A stretch of DNA of 58,946 bases, from positions 1 to 58,946 of the forward strand of contig CAJJXN010000002.1 in assembly GCA_905197115.1 (NCBI GenBank), written 5' to 3'. The DNA is from an uncultured Bacillota bacterium (GTDB taxonomy: Bacteria > Bacillota_I > Bacilli_A > RFN20 > CAG-631). Both the position numbers and the translations under genes were made by a program. Every line of letters begins with the position of its first letter. Position 1 is the stretch's first letter. The notes under the pieces were generated by a model. The model saw only the letters and a list, made by a program, of their open reading frames with translations, was not told where the DNA came from and searched no databases. This document shows positions 38,838 through 47,770 of this stretch, piece by piece.

Positions 38838-39887
38838 TTAAACTTTTTTTGCTACATATGAAACGGGAATTAAATCAAAAATTTTCAACAACTCTTCTCC
38901 ATCAAAAACTTCTACATTATAAGTTTTTAACGACATATTTAAATTATATACTCTATACAGTTTGAATTGTTTTTTCTTATCTCTGCAAATTTCAAGTTCT
39001 TTTGCTGTTAAATAGAAATTCTCAATCATATTTGATTTTGTTGTTTTTACTTCAATAAATATTTCATTATTATATTCATCATAAGATAAAATGTCGTATC
39101 CTAATCCATCACCTTTTGTTATTGCTACATGTTCAACTGGTTTTGAAATTCCTTTATCAAGTAATTTATTTTCTTCATCTTTTAAGATAAGACACTCTCC
39201 AAAAGTGCCAAGTTTTTTCTGCCTTTTATTTAATGCATTAAAATCAATTTTTCTATGAGTGACTTTTCTATTTTGTGATTCTTTTTTTTCATTCTGCTCT
39301 ACACTATTATTTTTATAAATTCCTTGGTAATCATTTATATTTTCTGAAGAACTTTCGATTATTGTATTTTCTTCTAAAATTGATGTGATTCCTTTTAAAC
39401 TTATATCTTCAAAATTAATTAACTTTATTTTCTCTTTTCCCAGTATTGATAAAAACTCGTCTTTTGTTATTTGATTCATTCCATATTGATTCCAAAAATG
39501 TCCCCAATTTCCATCTTTTTTCTTTTTTGATGTCCAACTTATTGAATTTAATCTTGAATCCGTTTCATAAATAGGATTTTCCAAAGAAAAACCTGTAGAA
39601 ACAATTGCTTCCACATTCCCGTAATTATCAATTTTTTTTATCGATTGAATAATTCCACCACCAAAAAAATAAAATTTTTTGCTTTTAGAATATCTTTTGG
39701 GCTGCCTATAAATAAAAAGAGAGCCTTCTTCTAATTTTGCATATTTTCTAAGATTATAGCAATACTTTATATAATTTCTATCTCCTAATTGACTGTTTGT
39801 GACAACATTATTTAATCCATCTTGTTTTGTGTCCAATACATAATATTTTCCAGATATATTTTTATCTAATAAATCAGTTATATTCAT
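38838..39887 (-). CDS. DUF3883-type PD-(D/E)xK nuclease with N-terminal beta-rich reader-like domain (candidate type IV restriction enzyme)
   Basis: C-terminal LGTFGECLIL...GYDILSYDEYNNEIFIEVKTT...FYLTAKELE...YRVYNL matches the DUF3883 / restriction-endonuclease-like pattern (D...ExK). The N-terminal ~150 aa is an unassigned domain. Start placed at ATG 39887 (GGAGGTG RBS); the track start at 39911 is a TTG. Confidence 0.7.
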   Translation of the reverse strand: MNITDLLDKNISGKYYVLDTKQDGLNNVVTNSQLGDRNYIKYCYNLRKYAKLEEGSLFIYRQPKRYSKSKKFYFFGGGIIQSIKKIDNYGNVEAIVSTGFSLENPIYETDSRLNSISWTSKKKKDGNWGHFWNQYGMNQITKDEFLSILGKEKIKLINFEDISLKGITSILEENTIIESSSENINDYQGIYKNNSVEQNEKKESQNRKVTHRKIDFNALNKRQKKLGTFGECLILKDEENKLLDKGISKPVEHVAITKGDGLGYDILSYDEYNNEIFIEVKTTKSNMIENFYLTAKELEICRDKKKQFKLYRVYNLNMSLKTYNVEVFDGEELLKIFDLIPVSYVAKKV

Positions 39888-39973
39888 TTTTCCACCTCCT
39901 ATCTTATCCAAATTATAACTAATTAAAATTGTATGCTTGTATTTGATTTGAATATAAAATCCAAACCTAATTT

Positions 39974-42004
39974 CTATCTTTTATAAACATTTAATGGTTG
40001 CTTTTTAAATTTATGATTAGCAGAAAGAATTTTTATAGGAATAACTGTCAAATTATATTGGTCATTTTCTAAATCTAAAAATGCCCAAATTTTAGTTTTT
40101 GTTTCTTCAAATTTTTTCTCGTCTTGGAGTTTATCTTGAATAAATAAAATAACATGATGACATGAATTATTTTCTTTTTGCTTTGTTCCCATACAAATTT
40201 CTAAAATATCTTCACTATCTTTTGCAATCTCAATAACTTTATTTACCACTGTTTCGTTACTATAAGCGATTAGCTTATCATTAAGATTAATTCTTAAAAC
40301 ATATTCTAGTGCTTGTTCATTATCATAAGTAGAAGCAATTAATTCTCTTAAAGAATTTCTTAACTCTAATTTACCTGTAATTGTTGCATATTCTCCTAAT
40401 GCATCAAATGCAGTTGTGACAAATTGTGAATTTTTTTCTTCAAATACTAATTGCAAATGAGAAATACAATCATCACTAAATTCATAAAAAGCCAAAATCA
40501 TACCTAATATTAAATGAGCTCTCGAATTATCTTTTGCAACTTCTAAAACTTTTAAAGCACAACTTTTAGCAAATTCCATTTCCCCACATTGAAAAGCTTG
40601 GTCCATTAAAGCTTGTACTTCATTTATTTCAATGTTGAAATTAGATTCAATAGCTGCTTCTTTTTTAGAAGTATATTCATCATAAAATTGAATAAAGTGA
40701 TCAAATACTTCGATTTTTTCTTTTTTTAATACTTTTTCATTAATTTCATTGTAAAAAATTCGAATATCTTCATCAAAATAATTTGACGAAACAATTAATG
40801 GATCTACTTCTTTGCTTGCAAATTTTTCGACTCTTTGTTTTACGTTAGGATGTGTAGGTAATCTTGATTCAAGATGATTTTTAGAAGCAAAGAGAAAAAA
40901 GTCTTGATGTTGATTATAAAAAGATAAATATCTATCAAAATATTGTTGAATAGTTTCATCATCCCATTGATGCTTTTTAGATAGTGCGTATTCAATATCA
41001 TATCTAGGAATTCTATAAGCATAAGCCAATCCAAAAAGTTTGATTGCCACTCTTGCATATGCATCGCCAACATTTTTATTTAACACTTCATTATCAGCTT
41101 GTGTCTCATATGCAATTGAAGTACTTAATTGTAATATTTCATTATCAATTATTACAAAAGACATTTTAGGATAAATAAAGAAGTACATACTATATGGTAA
41201 GAGAACATTTAAAAGATTGGTATACTTTTCTTTTTCTTGCGTTAATTTTGTATGTTCTTTTTTATAATGTGCAATTTCATGATAAATAACTGATCTAATT
41301 TCTTCTTTTGTGAAAAACTTTAAAATTACAACTCCTATAGCAATAGAAATTATATTGTTTTTTTCTGAAATCCCAACATTTACATCATCAATTAAATTAA
41401 TCTCAATTTCTTTATCTATTCCTTCTTCTGCAAATATATCTTTAATAAATTGGTATGTTAAAGGATACTTAATTTCCTCTATTCCTTTATCAAATAGTTT
41501 CATAAATAAAACATAAAAAATTGTTATCCCTGCACCTATAGATATAAGCAATAATGAACCAATAATTGCAATGTATAACCCTGCCACTTCAATTTCTTCT
41601 AAATGATTAAAAACTTTAAATGCAAAACCATTTACAAAAACTAATAGAATTTGAAAAATATAAAATGAGATAGTATACATACAAACTTTTTTATAACTTG
41701 CTATTACTCTTTTATAATTTGATTCATAATTTTTAAGTGCTTCATCTTTCTTTTCTAATATAGTAGAAAGCATCTCTTCTCCATTTTTTGCTTGTAATTG
41801 ATTGTTATATTTTTTTGTTCTACTAGCATTTAATAAAAATAATAACATGAATAAAACATCAACTATAGCTAATGGTATCCAAATATTTATGTTTAAATTT
41901 AATTTATTCCCTAATAAAATTCCTAAAGTATAGACTCCAACAAATAAAATAATTGACGATAAAATGGCTAAAAATATGGATAATCCCTTGTTTTTCTTAT
42001 TCAT
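39974..42004 (-). CDS. Membrane-bound M48-like zinc metalloprotease with large C-terminal helical domain
   Basis: 676 aa. About 4 N-terminal TM segments. HEIAHYKKEH (HExxH), a downstream ETQAD and THPNVKQRV are typical of M48/BlaR1-like peptidases. The C-terminal ~250 aa is helical. Confidence 0.7.
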   Translation of the reverse strand: MNKKNKGLSIFLAILSSIILFVGVYTLGILLGNKLNLNINIWIPLAIVDVLFMLLFLLNASRTKKYNNQLQAKNGEEMLSTILEKKDEALKNYESNYKRVIASYKKVCMYTISFYIFQILLVFVNGFAFKVFNHLEEIEVAGLYIAIIGSLLLISIGAGITIFYVLFMKLFDKGIEEIKYPLTYQFIKDIFAEEGIDKEIEINLIDDVNVGISEKNNIISIAIGVVILKFFTKEEIRSVIYHEIAHYKKEHTKLTQEKEKYTNLLNVLLPYSMYFFIYPKMSFVIIDNEILQLSTSIAYETQADNEVLNKNVGDAYARVAIKLFGLAYAYRIPRYDIEYALSKKHQWDDETIQQYFDRYLSFYNQHQDFFLFASKNHLESRLPTHPNVKQRVEKFASKEVDPLIVSSNYFDEDIRIFYNEINEKVLKKEKIEVFDHFIQFYDEYTSKKEAAIESNFNIEINEVQALMDQAFQCGEMEFAKSCALKVLEVAKDNSRAHLILGMILAFYEFSDDCISHLQLVFEEKNSQFVTTAFDALGEYATITGKLELRNSLRELIASTYDNEQALEYVLRINLNDKLIAYSNETVVNKVIEIAKDSEDILEICMGTKQKENNSCHHVILFIQDKLQDEKKFEETKTKIWAFLDLENDQYNLTVIPIKILSANHKFKKQPLNVYKR

Positions 42005-42118
42005 AATGTACTCCTTTAATTAATTATTTAAGTATATTATAACATTAAAGGAGTCAAAAATATATTAGATTAATGTATCTTTTAATAGTTAATACATAAT
42101 TTATATAAATTTATACAT

Positions 42119-42154
42119 AAAAACCAAATTCTATAATAACTTTGAATTTGGTTT
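42119..42154 (-). terminator. Intrinsic terminator downstream of decayed radical-SAM gene
   Basis: AACCAAATTC...GAATTTGGTT 10-bp stem followed by a U-run when read on the minus strand. Confidence 0.65.
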
Positions 42155-42189
42155 TATTATTTTATTTATATTTTGAAAAACAATGACAA

Positions 42190-42545
42190 ACTAACAACTT
42201 ACTTTTTTAAATAAATAATTGTTCTTCCTTCATTAAATGGATGCGGAAGTGTTTTCAAACCCCTTTTATTGTGAAGATTATTTTTATTCATTCACATTTT
42301 TAAAGCATATCATTTTTTTGAAATAACTTTATTATTACAAACTTTATCAATTAATCGATTCGTTTCATCATAATGAATCAATTGATATGCCAATCATCGA
42401 TAATTTATTTTTATTCTTTGAAATAAATTTTTCGTCAAGGTAATATCCATTTGTAATCAAAGAAACTTCTAAGTTTATTTCAAATAAATAATCAATAAAC
42501 ATTTGAATATTTTTTGATAACAATGGCTCACCACCTACCAAATTA
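42190..42545 (-). pseudogene. Radical-SAM enzyme remnant (5' end missing, frameshifted)
   Basis: Minus-strand frame reads VGGEPLLSKNIQMFIDYLFEINLEVSLITNGYYLDEKFISKNKNKLSMIGISIDSL then a stop. It continues in another frame as HYDETNRLIDKVCNNKVISKK, then hits more stops. No CxxxCxxC-encoding 5' part remains. Confidence 0.65.
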
Positions 42546-42657
42546 ACTCATTATTTATTTTTTTAGTATTCCACCTTCAATTTAAAAAAAACTCTTTTGA
42601 TTAGGTAAAAGAAGTTGAACTCGTTGAACTGCATCCTTTATAATCAAACAATCCCCA

Positions 42658-45600
42658 CTATTTTAATTTCCAATTTTTAAAGAAATCAGAAATAAATACA
42701 TCTTGGTTAGCATAAAGAATTCTATTTACTTCTTTCTTGCTCATATCAAGTAAATCAGCTATTTTTCCAGCTTTAATTCCTCGCTTTTCGTCTAAAAGAA
42801 CTTCTTTAATACGATCTAAATTTGAAACAATATCAGTTTCTTCATCACTGTTTTCTTTATCGAATTCTTTTTGTTCTAAAGAAGCAAAAAAAGTTAAAGA
42901 ATCAGCCTGAGTTTCTTCAATACTATAGTCTTTTTCAACATTAAATTGTTTATCAACTGTGGCTTCAGTCTCTTCAGCTATTTCATGAACTTGATATTTA
43001 ATATAATCAATAAATGATTGCCCTCCCTCAAGAATTGTTGCTCCTACTTCTGTTTCATCTAAGCCAAAACCAAACCAATCAAAAGAATTCCTATATTGTC
43101 TTTTAACTTCTTCATCTTCAAGATTCAACTTAGAACCTAATGATTCATTAACAAAGAATTGGTGAATATAGTTATTAAGTACGTTTTCTTGAAATATATG
43201 ATATTTATTTAAAACTTCAAAGTCTTTCTTAGTAATACCTACAGCTTCTAAGAAAACATTAGGATCAGCGTTGTTAAATATTTCTTGGAATGTTGTTTCA
43301 CGATAAACACTTATATATAAAAATTCAAATAAACGTGCCAATATATGCTTCATGACGTTATCAGCATCTTCAACCGATTTTCCTTTTTCATAAGGAACTT
43401 TAGGGGCAAGCTCATTCTTAACGGCTCTCTTAAAAGAATCTGAATACCATCGCCTATATAGTGCACCTCTATATTCAACTGGAACATTATTCGTGTCATT
43501 AAGATACTTATGCATAAAATCAGTGATCATTTTTTTTGTATCTTCTTTCCAAACGATTGATTCTCCGAATTTTTCTTTTACTTTATTTACAAATTTAACA
43601 CCATCATCATGACCGCAATTTAATTTTTTAACAGGCGCATTAACTCCGCTTTCATATCCTTTTATAAATCCGTTTGACCACCATGTCGACTCCACTTGAT
43701 CATAATCTTTTGGACAAAATTCTTTAATATAATCTGCCATTGTCTGTTCAAAAGCCAATTGAATTTCTGAATTGTCATAATCAACGTAATTTTCGTAGTC
43801 TTTCATTCCAAGTTCGTAGCCTTTATCACGGCCAGTTTTTGCAATTTTAGTTTGGAATCCATCATTTTCTGGTTTTTGGGGCATAGTTTGAGATTTTGTC
43901 TTGTTGAATTTTGCATGAGCAAATACTCTTTTAATAACATCACTTACTTCATTATCATTAAGCATTGATGCTATAACTTCTTCATCAAGCATCCTTGTTG
44001 TCTTTGAAGTATCAGTGATTTTTCTAGAAAGTGGTATACCACTTGTATCACCCAATTCCGCTAATTCATAGAATACATCAGCACCGATTGGCTGAGTCAT
44101 ATCTCCATTAACAAAAATAGGCATATATTTAACAATAAGCTTGGCAATTTGAAGTTTAGTAACTGCTCTATCTTCGGATTGTTCAGCGTATTTCAAAAGT
44201 AAAGCAGCTGCTCTATCGATATTAAAATCATAGACAAAACCATACGTTTTTTTGATTTCACCTTTTTCTTTATAAGGTGTTTGAATTCTAAATATTGATT
44301 GGAAATATTGTTCAGGAGAAGCTAAATCCTTCAAAACGAATACACTAAACCACTCTTTTACAGTTACACCGATAGTAAGTTTATTAACTGTTAAAGCAAT
44401 AGAACCTAATTTGTTAGTATTATTTGCTGCAGTAATTTCATCTTTCAAATAATCATAAGCATCAACGCCAGCTCCTACGCCATCTTTAGAAAGGTCAATT
44501 ATTTGGTATTTCTTAAAATAATCGTCTTCTTCTAAAAGCTTAGCCATCGCATGGACTGCATTTACTCTAGGCATAAGCCATAGTGTGTGTTTATTATTAT
44601 TTAACATATCTACGTTTGAATATGGAAATTTATCACCAAATGTTGATTTGCCTTTGATTATTTCAAGCCATTTCTTAATTTCTTCTTCATAAACGAAAAC
44701 ACAAGGTTCGTTTGGATTGGAATCCCTTCTGGTTTCAAAGAACCTATTCAAAGAAAAATACTTCTTTCCATAAAGAGTGTCTCCAGAAAAAACTGAAGCA
44801 GTCATATTTGAGAAAAGTCTAGTCATGTTATAACCAAAGATTCTCATATCTGGAAAATGTGCATAATCAGGATTAACTGTTTTGAAGTCACCTTCATCGC
44901 TATTTGGATATTTATTTCTTTGCTCATCAAAATATGAATATGTGAAAGTATTTTCTTTCGTGAACTCCCCTTTTGCAATTGCTTTAAATGGAGTTCCAGA
45001 TAAACATATTGTTTGTCTTGTATTGATTTTAAATGTTTCAATAATATCTTTAGTTTTCTTTAGTTCTTTTTGATATTCTTTATCCAAATCTTCTTGACTC
45101 TCAAGCGTTCCTTGAGTTCTTTCGTTCCACGCTCCGAAGTGATATTCATCCAATACTACTAAATCCCAATCGATCTCTTGAAGTTTTTTAATCTTTTCTT
45201 TGGTTTCAAAGGAGTTTCTATTTTTACCTAGATAATTTTGCAACGACAAAAATATTACATAAGGATCAGAGATAAAATTAGGTATAAAGCTATCTCTTCT
45301 TAAATTTTCGTCAGTATAGTAATCGTAATGTTTTTTAATATGAGTCAAATCTTCTCTCCACGAAGATTCAACGGCTGGAATAAATGTAAGAATTAAAACC
45401 TTATCTAATCCTGCTTCTTCACAATATTTATATGTGGTGAATGATTTGCCATATCTCATTTTACAGTTAAGAAGGAATCTGCCACCTAATTTGTGATCTT
45501 TAAAATAATTTAGTAACGCATCAACGCATTCTCTTTGTTCTTCTCTTGGCTCATATATTTTGTTATTGAAACCATCTTTTCTGCATTGCTCAAAAACCTC

Positions 45601-46038
45601 AACAAGTTCATCGGCAGGAACGTTTTGGAACCATTCTTGCTCTTTCTCGGTTAAGCCAGATTTCATAGCTAGAATTTGGTCGTGAACTTTGTAGTCTTTG
45701 AATGATTCATCGTGAGCATCCAAACAAACACCCCAATAAATTACTTCTCTTTCAAGACCGTATTTTGCATATTGTTCTTCAGTCAAAGCAAGCTCATTTT
45801 GCTGATTTTTAATTCTAGCTTTAATTGCATGCCAAAAAGTCTCATCCATTTTGCATTTTGTCATTCCTACTTTAATTCCATGAGATTGGAACTTCGGCAG
45901 AATGTACATGTATAAAACAATTAAGTTTTGTTCAGTATCATTTATATCGTCTAAATGTAATGTTTTAGGCTTTCCTTTATATTTTACCGAATCAGTAGGA
46001 TTAATATCAGCAGATTTTTTTACTTGTATTTCAGCCAT
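42658..46038 (-). CDS. SF2 helicase (ResIII/DEAD-like) with N-terminal T5orf172/GIY-YIG-like domain and C-terminal winged-helix-like tail
   Basis: 1126 aa. N-terminal LYMYILPKF..GIKVGMTKCK...ARIKNQ...KVHDQI. Helicase motifs KMRYGKSFT (I), VVLDEYHFGAW (II), CLSGTPFKA (III), QSIFRIQTP (VI-like). The last ~50 aa, KAGKIADLLDMSKKEVNRILY, look like a wHTH. Confidence 0.8.
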   Translation of the reverse strand: MAEIQVKKSADINPTDSVKYKGKPKTLHLDDINDTEQNLIVLYMYILPKFQSHGIKVGMTKCKMDETFWHAIKARIKNQQNELALTEEQYAKYGLEREVIYWGVCLDAHDESFKDYKVHDQILAMKSGLTEKEQEWFQNVPADELVEVFEQCRKDGFNNKIYEPREEQRECVDALLNYFKDHKLGGRFLLNCKMRYGKSFTTYKYCEEAGLDKVLILTFIPAVESSWREDLTHIKKHYDYYTDENLRRDSFIPNFISDPYVIFLSLQNYLGKNRNSFETKEKIKKLQEIDWDLVVLDEYHFGAWNERTQGTLESQEDLDKEYQKELKKTKDIIETFKINTRQTICLSGTPFKAIAKGEFTKENTFTYSYFDEQRNKYPNSDEGDFKTVNPDYAHFPDMRIFGYNMTRLFSNMTASVFSGDTLYGKKYFSLNRFFETRRDSNPNEPCVFVYEEEIKKWLEIIKGKSTFGDKFPYSNVDMLNNNKHTLWLMPRVNAVHAMAKLLEEDDYFKKYQIIDLSKDGVGAGVDAYDYLKDEITAANNTNKLGSIALTVNKLTIGVTVKEWFSVFVLKDLASPEQYFQSIFRIQTPYKEKGEIKKTYGFVYDFNIDRAAALLLKYAEQSEDRAVTKLQIAKLIVKYMPIFVNGDMTQPIGADVFYELAELGDTSGIPLSRKITDTSKTTRMLDEEVIASMLNDNEVSDVIKRVFAHAKFNKTKSQTMPQKPENDGFQTKIAKTGRDKGYELGMKDYENYVDYDNSEIQLAFEQTMADYIKEFCPKDYDQVESTWWSNGFIKGYESGVNAPVKKLNCGHDDGVKFVNKVKEKFGESIVWKEDTKKMITDFMHKYLNDTNNVPVEYRGALYRRWYSDSFKRAVKNELAPKVPYEKGKSVEDADNVMKHILARLFEFLYISVYRETTFQEIFNNADPNVFLEAVGITKKDFEVLNKYHIFQENVLNNYIHQFFVNESLGSKLNLEDEEVKRQYRNSFDWFGFGLDETEVGATILEGGQSFIDYIKYQVHEIAEETEATVDKQFNVEKDYSIEETQADSLTFFASLEQKEFDKENSDEETDIVSNLDRIKEVLLDEKRGIKAGKIADLLDMSKKEVNRILYANQDVFISDFFKNWKLK

Positions 46039-46039
46039 A

Positions 46040-47770
46040 TTAATTCATCTCCTTAATCGAACTTTCTATTAAATTAATTTCATCTGCTGTTAAATTATAT
46101 TTTTTGTATAGTTTATCATCAGTCCATGCTTCACTGAAATTTTGTTTTGGAAGAAATACAAGAACACTACGTGATAAATGTGTTGAAGACATCGCAAGCC
46201 AAATCAAAAAACGAGAAAACCTAGTTTTTAAATAAGAACAAAGATTATCTGCTTCCTTTTTATTATCAAATTTACCAATTAAAAAATAAGATTGAGTACA
46301 AGCCGTTTTTGGACCTATAACTCTCATTGAGTTGGTAATAATTCTAAAACGACCATCTTTATCTGGTTCTAATGCATGCTCTGCGCCAAGAATTCCAACC
46401 AAAACTTTATATTTGTTTAAATAATCCACAGATTTTTTTATTTCAGATTTTTTAATATACGTAATATCTTTGCTGGAAATAAGCTCAATATCATTTTCAT
46501 TTTGTTTTGTTATTGAACCTCTAACATCTGACTTTAAGCCAAACGGCATTGTTGAACTGGCAAAAGAAGTCATATTTTCTTCATTGTAACTACTAATTTT
46601 TTCCAAAATGTCGACAGCCTTATTATTTCTAACTAAAATCGGAAATTCATTTAAATCTCTTGAAATGGAATATTTAGAATCGCTATTAACATTTGTGAAC
46701 AGACACCTGCCGTTGTAGTCTCTACCCCACAAAAAATAACAAACTCCGCCAGCTACACTATTTGACGGAAAACAATCTTTTGCGTTTGCAAAATCATTAA
46801 GACAAATTATTTTTCTACATGACATCATATATTCTCTGAACTCATCTAAGACTGACATGCCACCCGCAAACCATTTCGATGGAATAATCATGGAAATATA
46901 CTTTGGTTTTAGAGCAACTGCTTGCTTAAAAAACAATTGATAAATAGGCATAGAAGGCGGATTACCTTTTTCGGTTGTATCTTTTTTCGTATCTAGTTGA
47001 TAAGGCGGATTTCCTATAATAATATCGAATTTCATATTTCTATTACCTCCAAAAAACCTATCTTGTAAATGTTCTAATAGTTCGTTTCTTTCAGTATGAA
47101 TAAATTCATACGCGTACGTTTCTTTTTGATTTATATCGTTATATTTTGAATCACCTGCAATGCTACAATATTTGCATTTGTATTTGCTCTTTTCTTTCTC
47201 GCTGCAATTAAAGAACATCTTTTTACCTCTATTGTTCACAAATAAATGATCAGCACATGGTGTTTTGATATTTCCTTCTTCATTATCAAACCATGTTCCA
47301 TTACCAATTGCATACCCATTAATGTAATGTCCGTCTGGAGCTTTTAATCCATCACATTTTCTATTGGCTTGTGAACAGTAATAAACCGTTCTTCTTGCTA
47401 CATTAGCGGTAAATTTTGTTTGGCCGATAGAGTAAATCATATTTTGAAGAATGTGTTTTCTTCTTTTTTCTTTATCAGGTATTACATCTTTTAACCCTTT
47501 ATCAAGTCTAATGGCAATCTCTCGTTCAAAAATACCATTTTTTGTTGCAGGGTTTAACCACTTGTAATTAGGATTGTGCCACACTTCTTCAGGCAAAGAA
47601 TCAAGCATCATATCACAAGTTTTTCGAGGAGTGAAAACCTCATCGTTACCAACATTTGTAATAGTTTCTAAAATATCAAAATTTTCAACGTAATCATAAG
47701 CATCCTCAACTGCGGTTTTATACTTTTCTTCGGCATCTAATGCTTCATTGTTCTTGATTTCATCTACCAT
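46040..47770 (-). CDS. Eco57I/TaqI-like N6-adenine DNA methyltransferase-family protein (NPPY intact, SAM motif I degenerate, Cys-rich insert)
   Basis: 576 aa. VFTPRKTCDMM (motif X), LNPATKNGIF in the motif I position, IIGNPPYQ at codons 251-258 (nt 47000-47011 encode NPPY), Cys-rich insert CSQANRKC...CSEKEKSKYKCKYC. The stop lies 1 nt before the helicase ATG. Confidence 0.8.
   Translation of the reverse strand: MVDEIKNNEALDAEEKYKTAVEDAYDYVENFDILETITNVGNDEVFTPRKTCDMMLDSLPEEVWHNPNYKWLNPATKNGIFEREIAIRLDKGLKDVIPDKEKRRKHILQNMIYSIGQTKFTANVARRTVYYCSQANRKCDGLKAPDGHYINGYAIGNGTWFDNEEGNIKTPCADHLFVNNRGKKMFFNCSEKEKSKYKCKYCSIAGDSKYNDINQKETYAYEFIHTERNELLEHLQDRFFGGNRNMKFDIIIGNPPYQLDTKKDTTEKGNPPSMPIYQLFFKQAVALKPKYISMIIPSKWFAGGMSVLDEFREYMMSCRKIICLNDFANAKDCFPSNSVAGGVCYFLWGRDYNGRCLFTNVNSDSKYSISRDLNEFPILVRNNKAVDILEKISSYNEENMTSFASSTMPFGLKSDVRGSITKQNENDIELISSKDITYIKKSEIKKSVDYLNKYKVLVGILGAEHALEPDKDGRFRIITNSMRVIGPKTACTQSYFLIGKFDNKKEADNLCSYLKTRFSRFLIWLAMSSTHLSRSVLVFLPKQNFSEAWTDDKLYKKYNLTADEINLIESSIKEMN

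Noticed and set aside
39974-42004. M48-like protease as a beta-lactam sensor (BlaR1/MecR1)
   Set aside because: There is no penicillin-binding sensor domain (no SxxK/S-x-N motifs seen in the C-terminal region) and no adjacent BlaI-type repressor. Only the protease core is shared.
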